64,000 nt of DNA from contig JBIOEA010000006.1 in NCBI GenBank assembly GCA_044445605.1, forward strand, positions 1,918 through 65,917, given 5' to 3'. Each line of letters opens with the position of its first letter. Position 1 is the first letter of the stretch. This document shows positions 39,101-43,862 of the stretch, one piece after another. This stretch comes from Gammaproteobacteria bacterium (lineage in GTDB: Bacteria > Pseudomonadota > Gammaproteobacteria > JABCZS01). Made by a program: the position numbers and the translations under genes. Under the pieces are notes generated by a model, which saw only the letters and a program-made list of their open reading frames with translations, was not told the origin of the DNA and made no database searches.

Positions 39101-41753
39101 CAGCAACAATCTCACTGCCACGGGCGATGTCATGAGCAGTAGCGCTGTCGGCGAAGTAGTGGGTTTATTCAATGGTGGCACGATTTCCAGCACTCTCAGC
39201 GGCTCTGGCAATGCGTCAGGCAATCAATACGTCGGTGGCGATATCGGACAATTCGCGGCAGGTAACATCACAGGCTCATTGAATTACACCACAGGCACGT
39301 TATCGTTAACCAATGGCGCAAACTCAGGCGGACTCGGTGGCAACATCGGTTATGTCAATGGCGGCACAGTTGATTTAAGTAAACTGTTTGTAAACAACAA
39401 CACCGTATACTCCGTCAACAATGCATTCGATGTGGGCGGTGCCATCGGCATAGTGACCGGCAGCCCCACCATCACCAATACATTCACTGCCAATGCGACG
39501 GGGCTCACCATTAATGGCGCAACCAACGTCGGCGCAGGTATCGGTGAAATTATCAATGCAACACTCTCTGGTTCGTTTGGCAATGCAACGAATTTGATCT
39601 CCAATGGCGCCGGGGTTGGTGGTGTCGCAGGATTGGTCACAGGTAGCGCCACCGTCATCAATGCAGCACTCACGGATACAGGCAGTATCACAGGGCATAA
39701 TGATACTGCAGCGCTCATTGGCCAAGTCAACGGCGCTCATGTATCAGGCAATCTCATCGTCGGTGGCGGGATCACCCCAACCGTGATCACGGGCACCAGC
39801 GGAGGCTCAGGACTCAGCTACGTCATAGGCCTGATGTCTGGTAGCACGGGTAATTTATCGTCAACCAACGTGACCGTTAACAATAATGCATCTTTCAATA
39901 CCACAGGTACCGTGACAGGCGTAGGCGGTATCGTGGGCATCATGACCGGTGGTTCACTATCAGGCTTCAACACAGCTACCTACACAATCAATAGCCCCAT
40001 TGTGGCAACACACGGTAATGAAGTCGGTAGCGTCATTGGCGATTTATCGGGTTTCACGCTCAACCAAAATTTATCTTCATTAGCGAATGTGACAGGTTCA
40101 AGCGCAGTGGGTAGTGTGATAGGCGCGCTCAGCAACGCCACCGAATCAGGCGCGCTCACGGCACTGCATGATGTCACCGGCGATCAAGTGGTCGGCGCCA
40201 TTGCAGGTTCTTTATCGAATGGCACATTATCAGGTACGCTGACGGTTTCAAGCCCCATTCTCACCCTGAATGCAGTCGGCCAAGGCCTCGGCGGATTAGT
40301 CGGCAGCATGCTTGGCACCAGTGATATTTCCGGCAACGCCACTATCAGCAATGCCACACAATTTAATGCAGCGAGTGGATCCAGTGTTGTTGGCGGTTTC
40401 GTCGGCGTCATGTTAGATCATGCTTCATTGTCAGGCGTCAGCCAGTTTACCTTAACCGGTGGCACGCTAACGATCAATAATACGAATGTCTCCGATATCG
40501 GTGGCTATATCGGCGAAATTGGCTCAACACTCTCACCAACAACCACCTTCACGCAAAATATCGCTGGCAACATTAATGTGGTCGCCAATCAAAACAACGA
40601 TAATAATGTCGCAGGTGTTGTCGGTAACATATCGAATAGCAATGTCACTGCCACGCTCAGTTCCACAGGCAACGTTACGGGATACAATGACACTGCGGGT
40701 GTAGCTGCTGCACTTATTAATAGCACCATCACAAGCCCCGATCAAACAGCAGGCCATAATGTCAGCTCGTTCAGCTCTCTTGGCACTGTCATGGGGAATA
40801 CGACTGTTGGCGGCGTCGTGGCCACGATGGTCAACAGCGTCATGTCTCAAGCATTTTTTAACGGCACCGTCACGGGTTACAATGACGTTGCGGGTATCGT
40901 CGCTCATCTCGATGCAAACAGTCTATTGGCCCGCTCGTATAACAACAGCACACATACCGTGATCGGTTTGGCAGGGGCACAATATGTCGGCGGTATCGCC
41001 GCTGTCAATGCCGGCACTATTCAAAATGTGATCTTTGGTGGGGCCATCACTGCACCTGCAGGAAGCTATGCCGGTGGCATTGTCGGCAATAACACCGGCA
41101 CGGTACTTTCCTCGTTATCGGCAGGTTATTTCAATCCATCATCAGGCGCGACGCTCGGTGCGATTGCAGGTGTCAATAGCGGCAATTTAGGTCAAAGCAA
41201 TACGACAAACCTTGCTCCTTTCTTTTCATCTACCAGTTTTGGTCCAGGTATCTCTGCCACAGGCGCAGGCAGTGCTGGCGGCTCTCAATCCGGTACCTAT
41301 GTCAATATGGGATCAGCATCTACCTACACACCTTACAATTGGAATTTTGGTACGGTATGGCAAGAACTCGCCCACTACTACGTCACGAACCAATGGTGTT
41401 CCGTCAATTGCGCTATTCCTGGCGCTAAACCACCTGTGCCTCCAACACCAACGCCAACGCCCAGTCTCGTCGGCAACTATGCACGCCAATACGTGACCGT
41501 AGAACAATTCCTCGATAACGCCGACATGACCAGCTTAGCATTAGATACCTTTATGATGCTCGATACGTTCCAGATCTATAATGTGCAAATGAAGGATTAC
41601 AGCATTCCATTTAAGGTTGCCATTTTCTTTGAAGACTCATCGCAACCTGTCTCCATCGCGAAAGAAGCGGAACGTGCATTGAAAGCCAATGGCTGGTATA
41701 ACTCGACGATGGCACACGCACAAGATAAATTACCTGGGTTTAAACAACCATAA
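21141..41753 (+). CDS. Giant filamentous-haemagglutinin-like (TpsA) exoprotein with GLUG-like VGGxxG repeats, ~6,870 aa
   Basis: Signal peptide ending ASPAMA, then TPS domain (NPQGG, INWNNFSIG, LNRVTGG, NPAGI, GGQVETSG, WLLDP); very many VGGxxG units; start uncertain (ATG 21141 or GTG 21162 after GAGG). Confidence 0.9.
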   Translation: MGLRWCSVWLGNKECISHSKHELHLGPISCGVSLCLLTAASPAMANPQGGQVVGGQASIKYGATTVINQTSNRAIINWNNFSIGPSERTQFNDPNANSVTLNRVTGGNPSQILGSLSSNGQVFLVNPAGIVFGKTAQVDVAGLLATTASITNKHFMSGNYQFTSAPDGSRIVNEGNITVRNAGLAALVAPNVVNSGVINAKLGRVALASGSAFTVDLYGDNLISFDATGTVKGSVNNMGRIAADGGTVMLSAAAAQGIVENVVNTSGYISAISVSNKNGNIMLVGAGNHSRVQVSGTLDVSGSATGQTGGTIEVASNDIQLLSGSVLNASGYAGGGNILIGSDHFHGPLNTTGLSILDTPYFMTEAQSVTAASGSSMVADALKSGNAGNVEVWGTTSDIFSGSISAQAYGEKSNGGQVETSGGTLDVSGSQVTTHSVLGKSGVWLLDPHNVTIGTVDSQAFQSPYNPTADNSTINVATINSALLTNSVIITTGLSGSQSGDITFNNTATPISILNTANTSFSAYAARNIVFNAGAQIINAGSGSINVQADSGLTGTGTITFPASNTSALVQSTGSGTINFYYTSPTQVPISTFQTSNFVNISGTSKFNPNMQIKLAAGGAINDTVAANINTSLITDKTGVVVFYPGAITFNNDSAQPIDWSTTANLVIKADSSLTGTGAISFNAGAPTIVSTGGGNISMYYSPTVFEQFDNTLSSHIALSGGGTFTPTMQVNMHAASTADTITSTDVTAFNAALTASTPTSVIAYDSNNSLSFANTSPISWSTNASFTAETLAGAATTYNLIIGSGGTAPFITASGSSLLNLSSVNDINVNTSNAITDTGTGATTWQSNDNINFTTGSTAYANTGTGKATLIASNAVNLNNIEFQSITQSNNNVDVVANTLNASSGALITLNTNAADIIKTALQSGTTINISNTSGDIDFTAPIAWTNPSPEAGKATLTATATSGNINMTTLGATITATNQLPSSSNISMVNFTAGTILNPASINIGINNAINISTGESATAQIGLKASTAVNFTGVGFGAVNTNPTTIITSKDLNVSAPTFSITFNPFISPIIQTALNKTDPFNSNLGTNVTLTSTSGIISFPAATSFPATIAWGTAANFTLNSFSDISMFSTASVNSSGAGNIIYNAGSGAVGDIDLGTSSTTTAAIISSGSGQVTLNAHNNINLTNADFGNINLTGNTNVTPLVVQNAKNMYVSNSSNTSNITINNADARITNAALLIGANIQITSLNNINFTNTNPIVMPAGTETFTATTNNVGTNPLGGYVNLNASNLIENNGTGAMTLVAYGIGNLTLSAAGAIVNNSTGAINLDASKASGGSVYLSNNDFGTISNPGLGQITATALNLYASNSTSPITISSSDVNTITNSLVAGTNVLTSSTGDTTFAASAGNISWGTSSNFTVNANAGGNITFNPGSSISMLSGSGVLALNAGNNLNLDATNTLSNAGSSAMNLIAANSVNLNNVAFNNISNTGTGAITITTPNLYATDITNPITISTADTSASIINHALGVGTNVTVSSVQGITVSAPISWNTLASFTAIADSAEAGNSSIIAFTGGNTITSNGTGNINLYYDSPTEVATNFTGNVILGGTGTLNAYMKVFEAAATSIDDTQAGLINTAMAAGSSLTSPSLGTNVIIYGAGDLTFTNNVSGSGTPIAWSTPTSLTVNAVNSVIFDSAYVATTHVITVPTGGTLNLNPDNGLTGSTSNTVQNTNGQLVYNSGTVNILYNPVNFTGNNPYYYVPITTPNGLVTGNAPLSYQLVYNNVANHDLSNILTSGDYVLAQNISSNLPTSPIGNSTTPFTGVFSGYDFYDAINNSNASKTITGLSITSANQYVGLFGDVSGATLQNITLVDPQIASTYVPTGAAPGYTGAIAGLLTNTTLSGQFSVLSSASTVQGNLGGAGSTSYIGGLFGDTSSTLTTTSSFAATNNAAITGTSATTISTGTTIATGYLGGIFGAAPGALLTANNTLINAGNIVVNATLTTPNVYVGGIGGSITGTIPSNMSNTGNIAISFTTTNYAGAPIPVDAAAGIAATMGNTANITGTLSNQGAISMTGTNANASKVGTGYVGGLFANVNSPATAYTFGGTWTNTGTVQNTLTNTTEYAGGIIADLTASSALAMPVTMSNTGNITATSGTIGGLMGAVVGSGTGSTNPNTPVITFTDNLSSNANVTTTSTTAGNAGALFGQVTSSGFTGNITIPSTANTTISGFNAGGVFESLTTSLFSPSNASGLTNVASIGSLNGTSSAAGIATFVSGSIINVLNSLNNTGLVYGNVYTGGLFGDVTAFNASTPSTITSPILSNTGTIDINNVGNTFHNVASAGVIAVLDSSSVTASTEIINTSPVPTSPLTLLASGVVGYIAGDIGSVTTSVGASSITTPYIGNAQNITINNSAQYNVTEGGIIAYIDGTNSLTLQNATLENKGYLSETSSNFGLIGGVVGSINNVTTAASLNNLTFTENCSSGAGGNCASQSYAINTTMAGGGMMGVVNNANLSDSTFSFPGLNALSFGGGNTGGLIGSFGGSNARLPTTTLPTTINVTNTSLAYNSGYSTLGGLIGNVTGGTIGNNITLEYLGTINAGYISTIVGGIIGSLSNQDGSLVFNPANLLVDPSTSQTINAGTGGNRGSGAYNYAGGIFGEINGSYNTALAPLNVTSAMNTSANVAIQGGSSLTSRMTLMGGLVGLMTGYASLSGSNTMSNHALLEGTTDIGGIVGELNTSNTNPLTNTALSTTALSNLGSSVIVAGSVIGAMYNMTNGYDSTNITHPLNNITVPSGGSNVGGFAGEVTNSVITANITNPSNDTVLGGSNTSIIGGLFGSVDTNSVIQGNLTNNANVSGSSYVGGLLGRLGGPNLVATSSSAILGATLSGALTYGSGAPATGINTIIGAASGTGFGGIVGGMYGATGSASVLSGAITLNIGTFNASTPTFSFGAFTPTAVGGIIGYLNGNANITSTVTFNSGSAPVATIYVPTGNAIGAWIGEADSGTIAGTSTISSSNVTTIGLNRVGGIIGFIADNTVISPGAVFNNTSTSTVELVPSATVGIYGGGVVGQIGGVGVVGSGNATIGGTLSNAGTVSFYTAPSSGTYYIAGVTGDIANNTTITGTISGTPTTFSNTANLTASANAGSTVYLGGVISLFADAQASGQASITYINITNAGNITGTNIVGGDIALLQGGALNNGQLSGTVSNAGTITSSLTTGTNYIGGNIGEVGGAAFVPNIINAIITNTGSVSMSGTPTAGTDYLAGVMGYFNEGTINTGTTLTNLEPLNATSQYVDLSGVVGLFSNGIFAPGASMYNGTTLANGPAMTNTATTNAPVSGVIGIVQSGTVSGSLYNYGTITGAGTGAVGAAGTAGVIAIMTGGTLNGLASASLINNGNITGGQYVGGLIGYYGGTAAMSGDNILTSNATLVQGTSNVGGIFGRVDVSTPTSFNPTAGTLTNNAEVLSSSGTSIGGIFGTFNATSTSPFTIAANITNNGQIGQSGSTATGTGGISGTMSGLNSTALITFTGTLTNTGTIYGGSNTGGLFGSTTYITISGPVALSGSSTISGGTIGNDVGALIGFMSNGTTLSPSGITLTGQTVTGAANIGGFIGEMQGSSGTLAIFSPTGNINISGATITGTGTDVGSLVGFISDYSQFAPTGTSGAHLTFSTNSTVNVLGAGNVGGLFGNIATATPGSSTFNPVYTDFTNAATVKVSNSGATNLGGIFGNFALTGASIASTDTFTNTGIVGDSTLSTNASSATGGIFGAVPGLTGAGGISFGSTFTNSGSIYGTSNVGGVVGNATFTTFSGNLTGKSNISGSNNVGGLAGALTSSIMSGNLVYGDSTATTYTLTLSSSGTGLGAMAGNISGAIISGNNLNLSNVTVHSNTAFSVANASDVGIVAGILGNGAELTGTFTANADLTNPNTLTIANATNVGAIAGEVLNATFNSTVTNAANLIATGSNKVGGIAGFSSGSTLSGNYTDSGNITGVTDVGGLFGYTDPTIISGSNTLTTASLPSHGIITGTTNVGGLFGYVDAGSTVASNTTMSTGAGTSVTGTNYVGGLIGNLDSTATYSVTSSTVFTNQASVSSSGENTNTGGIIGGITNTSVITIANALTNMGSVSNSNIDSSNLGVAVGGMMGQLTSNAAFTGTLLNQGAITGVGQGTGGSNVGGLFGSITGGTLGTSLGAGSFTNSGAINTTISSTNTNIGGIAGNISGGTLYGNDSNTGNIGNSTASSIVGGLLGVVSGGNVHASLTQTSGTVTGTNDIGGVVGEISTPTSSGFAPSLLTALAGNVTATTADAGGIFGSINNVNISNAMSTASNLTLTSANGAGGLVGLMTGGNAVLSGTNAMSNAATFGESVYVGGIVGVLQGNGTSLTTPHITNTNLSTTTIINPVNVLNNLTAVGSVIGQLNNAFYDNTNIGTSIADINASRSVTVGGFVGEADNSTITAALTGTNNVLGYQNVGGLIGALGNSSLSSGNLVVGDTNVGHSYTLALASGGSGLGGAVGLMLGSNTVPSSIDLSKISINSNVAFSVSGNADVGGAIGILSNNDSLTNTFNTHALTINGATNVGAVIGLINSATLGSGLTFGNATNLTSNSTNVGGIAGHVSGTLANPTSISATLSDTGSISGNAVVGGLFGWLDANSTYSPTHAIAISGITISGTGDKVGGIIGQMLGSSATQQAVFNPSSTVTVSGTSIISGVNDVGGMLGLLGDNSSFTPQATVATASTVGSPVTINGSGNHIAGIIGYVDNTNITLTATSLSNAANVTMSDAGTGVGGVFGTFTLSNVTLGFDMNNSGTITGLTATNGVGGITGTMAGTSGNLIMLTGNLVNSGNIAGNTDTGGLFGDTQYVSFAQNGNVVESTAGTISGNTTVGGLIGKFDVGSNVASTTTLQNMSNVTGLQYVGGVLGEMSAGTIANTGMLEENSGTLSLGSTGSDLGGVIGHVMGNVALSLNNLFIAGNNVTFNITSGAQSIGGGIGLVENSGVNMPAISGTFLSSGANAITINHGTYVGAAIGEVTNNGVTGTNAFNSSFQNNAPLIATSSNGVGGDIGLAVGLANTNANPLSITGTLTNNASISGNSKVGGTIGVLSDASVTGTLNMASGNLSAISDLGGLIGHVVGNSSVALGGLTFSNTVIFNVPNNATGIGGAIGLLEDDTAVTPNTPTLTGTFNANNTVGGNTLTISNATTGVTDVGAVIGIINNASNFISTFTNATNVVAITADDVGGIAGFVSNSDLKSGTLTNNANITGRNKVAGILGDADPTTLANNYVLATGSIVSGNSDVGGLFNLTTAGDTIANTATLLTQTGSSVSGNANVGGLIGLLATGTNYNAVTNTYTNNATVSTTADISSIGGIYGTIGSALVITNSLTNAGIVETTFSGTPTVSAIGGITGDLNGVTFGTSAHPMTLTNTGTVEGVRNVGGLFGQLLTTSTSSDLTHATLVSSGIVEDVGTGTHTNIGGMIGFLNNASLLPASVTSNATVTGSNTGTSSSVNVGDVIGQSTVAISSDLTGAGTVIGYSNVGEVIGLYNGGILSGRLTGTGNVSGNQYVGGTIGDFAGGSITNVLTYNTGTLSFSGPSAATFTGLGGLIGHTTGGTVDLGKLSVGSSTVFSPNSGFNVGGAIGIVENGSTLANNFTTNPLIINNATNVGGIAGEILNATLNAMTFANATNLSSDGTAVGGVAGLIIGSSVNSTLNNSGTITGNIATQLGGVVGLSRNSTLSGTFINSGNVGNDTDSNVGGVVGETDNTILSGTFQLTNGTVTGNTHVGGLLGLTTSNSSATTSTLMTTASGAFVVGSASVGGLIGDMDSLIFAAGSTNTLANRADVTTSAAINTIGGIFGTSGVGTGSGIVIYSPLANAGYVHSTTATAIGGITGAPGVSGNTITFENTLTNMGTVSGTDNVGGLFGALLSTSALTVFNGSAVLVATSNSIVSGTGNNIGGMIGYLNNASILPGATITSAATVNGTGTNVGGVLGQSTVSISNNLTATGDVMSSSAVGEVVGLFNGGTISSTLSGSGNASGNQYVGGDIGQFAAGNITGSLNYTTGTLSLTNGANSGGLGGNIGYVNGGTVDLSKLFVNNNTVYSVNNAFDVGGAIGIVTGSPTITNTFTANATGLTINGATNVGAGIGEIINATLSGSFGNATNLISNGAGVGGVAGLVTGSATVINAALTDTGSITGHNDTAALIGQVNGAHVSGNLIVGGGITPTVITGTSGGSGLSYVIGLMSGSTGNLSSTNVTVNNNASFNTTGTVTGVGGIVGIMTGGSLSGFNTATYTINSPIVATHGNEVGSVIGDLSGFTLNQNLSSLANVTGSSAVGSVIGALSNATESGALTALHDVTGDQVVGAIAGSLSNGTLSGTLTVSSPILTLNAVGQGLGGLVGSMLGTSDISGNATISNATQFNAASGSSVVGGFVGVMLDHASLSGVSQFTLTGGTLTINNTNVSDIGGYIGEIGSTLSPTTTFTQNIAGNINVVANQNNDNNVAGVVGNISNSNVTATLSSTGNVTGYNDTAGVAAALINSTITSPDQTAGHNVSSFSSLGTVMGNTTVGGVVATMVNSVMSQAFFNGTVTGYNDVAGIVAHLDANSLLARSYNNSTHTVIGLAGAQYVGGIAAVNAGTIQNVIFGGAITAPAGSYAGGIVGNNTGTVLSSLSAGYFNPSSGATLGAIAGVNSGNLGQSNTTNLAPFFSSTSFGPGISATGAGSAGGSQSGTYVNMGSASTYTPYNWNFGTVWQELAHYYVTNQWCSVNCAIPGAKPPVPPTPTPTPSLVGNYARQYVTVEQFLDNADMTSLALDTFMMLDTFQIYNVQMKDYSIPFKVAIFFEDSSQPVSIAKEAERALKANGWYNSTMAHAQDKLPGFKQP

Positions 41754-41760
41754 ATTTAAA

Positions 41761-41784
41761 AGGGCGAATATTATTCGCCCCTAC
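41761..41784 (-). repeat. GTAG-tagged REP-like palindrome between convergent genes
   Basis: Reverse complement GTAGGGGCGAATAATATTCGCCCT. Confidence 0.85.
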
Positions 41785-41790
41785 GTGGTA

Positions 41791-43071
41791 TTACAACATC
41801 ACTTTCGATATCATCTTCGCTTGCTTCTTCAAATATTCTATCTGAGATCCGATACTCTGCTGCAACTCAAGCGTAAATGCATTATATTCCAACCTAGGTA
41901 AGGCCCGTGCGACTCGCTCGCAAAGTTGCATTAGAATCCTGGCCACAGCCGATCGTGGCAGCTCGCAGCTATCCGCAAAATCCGCCAATTGAAAGGCCCC
42001 TACACTCTTTGCGTCGAACTCATCCCCCAAAGCCATTGCCCATTCTTGGGAAAATTCCGGGTACATGCGGACACTGATTAAATCGTACGCAGGGGCAATC
42101 TCCATTCCTAATGGTGAAACAAAAAAACTCAGGTTCTTGCCGTGAGCGTCCCAGTTTCCAATGATCACATTGAATAGCACCCATGTTAATAATTGTTTTT
42201 TTGCAAGCGCAGGGTTGCTGCACGTATCGCAACACCTAAACAATGCAGGCAAATTTGCCCCATCACGTATATGCGCCACATCTCGTCCGCTGCCTAAATG
42301 TCGCTCATATTTGTAATCAGGCAATAAATTCAATGCTTGGCATCCATCGATCACATGACGACGCTGTATATGGTCACCTTCCCACTCCCGATCAAAACGC
42401 TTCACCAACAATGCGGGATACTCTCCAAAATGCATTAATGATACGTCTGCCACACTCAAACCTACAGCTTTGGCTAGCTTCATCATCGAAAATTCATTTA
42501 GTACCAAATGTTTCGCATGAGAACGCTCAAACTTTAAAATGTGCGTCGAACAAAGAGCCCCCTCACCAAAACCCATCTCACTGTTATCTCGCACCACCAC
42601 ATTAATTTTCTGATGCACCCCCGCCAACGATAGCCGAAGCTTCCCATCCCAAATCATCAACTGCCGAGCGCTTTCATGCTTTAACCGTTCCGTTACTTCA
42701 CTCGCTTGAATAGGACGGAAAATCAGATCTGTCGGCAGGATGCCCGGATCCAACACAAGCCGCATCGCGCCCGGTAAATCTTGACCCAATACCTGCGTAA
42801 TTGAAAAAATATTCGAGCGACTGAGATGAAAAGTTTCTAATAAAATAGCTAAGTTCTCACCTTCCGGAAATACGTTCTGGAAAAATACCCTGATTGAAAA
42901 TTGATTATTTCTTGCACTGTTATCTAACGGCAAATGCGGCGAGAGTGGATACCCTGTTTGCTGCCATGACTCATGATAAAAAAATTCCAGCTCATTCTCA
43001 TTTGTTAACCCCAATGCACCTATGCACTGTATCCCTAAATAAGCATTCAGCCGATGCTTAAACCCAGACAT
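41791..43071 (-). CDS. hipA: HipA-family toxin kinase
   Basis: HipA N-terminal LSPHLP/PEG, SLAGVHQK, HILKF, NE, RFDR, GNWDAHGKNLS, APAYDL. Confidence 0.93.
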   Translation of the reverse strand: MSGFKHRLNAYLGIQCIGALGLTNENELEFFYHESWQQTGYPLSPHLPLDNSARNNQFSIRVFFQNVFPEGENLAILLETFHLSRSNIFSITQVLGQDLPGAMRLVLDPGILPTDLIFRPIQASEVTERLKHESARQLMIWDGKLRLSLAGVHQKINVVVRDNSEMGFGEGALCSTHILKFERSHAKHLVLNEFSMMKLAKAVGLSVADVSLMHFGEYPALLVKRFDREWEGDHIQRRHVIDGCQALNLLPDYKYERHLGSGRDVAHIRDGANLPALFRCCDTCSNPALAKKQLLTWVLFNVIIGNWDAHGKNLSFFVSPLGMEIAPAYDLISVRMYPEFSQEWAMALGDEFDAKSVGAFQLADFADSCELPRSAVARILMQLCERVARALPRLEYNAFTLELQQSIGSQIEYLKKQAKMISKVML

Positions 43072-43336
43072 CTTTCTTCTCCTCGTCGTCCCATGGCAAT
43101 ATCTCTATGCGTATCCCTAGCCCCTTACATACTTGCAGCGCGCTACCCAATTGTACTTTTGGATTGCCATGCTCCAAGTTCATCAACGTGTCTTTGGCAA
43201 CACCACAAAATGCGGCGGCATCGTCGATGGCCAGCCCCAACTGTGTTCTCCTGGCGCGCACATATTCACCTAGCAATTCATGCGTTAGGGTCTTTTGGGC
43301 TTCTGGAGTTTCAAGCGCTTTTACGATTTTAGCCAT
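43058..43336 (-). CDS. hipB: HipB-like XRE HTH antitoxin
   Basis: VRARRTQLGL..AA..GV......LE.G HTH; overlaps hipA start. Confidence 0.88.
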   Translation of the reverse strand: MAKIVKALETPEAQKTLTHELLGEYVRARRTQLGLAIDDAAAFCGVAKDTLMNLEHGNPKVQLGSALQVCKGLGIRIEILPWDDEEKKDVWV

Positions 43337-43347
43337 ATGAAGTGCCC

Positions 43348-43474
43348 CTATAATCCTACAGTAACAGGATTATAGACCATAATACACTCGAAAGCAAGAT
43401 AAATCCTGCCAGGGTAGGATTTTATGAGAAAAGGGCTGATCAATGACTATAAATCCTGTTACAGCAGGATTTAT
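43348..43474. promoter_or_regulatory. Three palindromic operators AATCCT-N8-AGGATT upstream of hipBA
   Basis: 43348-43375, 43401-43422 and 43449-43474; centres exactly 50 bp apart. Confidence 0.85.
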
Positions 43475-43493
43475 GAGGACGTTAGCATTTAAC

Positions 43494-43862
43494 TTAGGGC
43501 GTAAACGCTGCTTTAATCCACTCAATGCTGTTATCAGCCAACGACACCGCTACAGCATCAAAACGGACTTCACGTGTTTGGTAACATCCCGCATTACATA
43601 AATAGATCGTCGCCACCCGAATAACTTTTAATTGCTTATCACGTGTGATGGTTTCGAGGGGATGGATGTCTCTGCAATTCTCTCGCGCGCGCACTTCGAC
43701 AAAAACCCAGGCGTCTTTGTCTTCCATGATAAGGTCGACTTCCGCGCCGCAAAGCTCCACATTACGCTCAAGAAACGTCATGCCTTGTGCTTCTAAATAA
43801 CACTTGGCGAGCGTTTCTGCCGCATGCCCTCGCTCACGCGTGGATGCATCATTCCTCATCAT
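43494..43862 (-). CDS. yraN: YraN/UPF0102 family protein
   Basis: G..AE..A..YL, EVDLI, FVEVR, RFDAV, WIKAAF. Confidence 0.92.
   Translation of the reverse strand: MMRNDASTRERGHAAETLAKCYLEAQGMTFLERNVELCGAEVDLIMEDKDAWVFVEVRARENCRDIHPLETITRDKQLKVIRVATIYLCNAGCYQTREVRFDAVAVSLADNSIEWIKAAFTP

Noticed and set aside
21344-41507. Many antisense and alternate-frame ORFs over the giant gene
   Set aside because: Shadow ORFs caused by biased codon usage of the G/T/N/S-rich repeats
41995-42004. GTAGGGGCC on the minus strand in hipA
   Set aside because: No downstream palindromic arm
43348-43474. Possible mini-CRISPR (three regularly spaced repeats)
   Set aside because: Units are palindromes with variable centres, there are no cas genes, and the position fits hipBA operators
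43822-43850. Weak hairpin in the yraN 5' end as another coding repeat
   Set aside because: Imperfect and single copy in the window; not supportable
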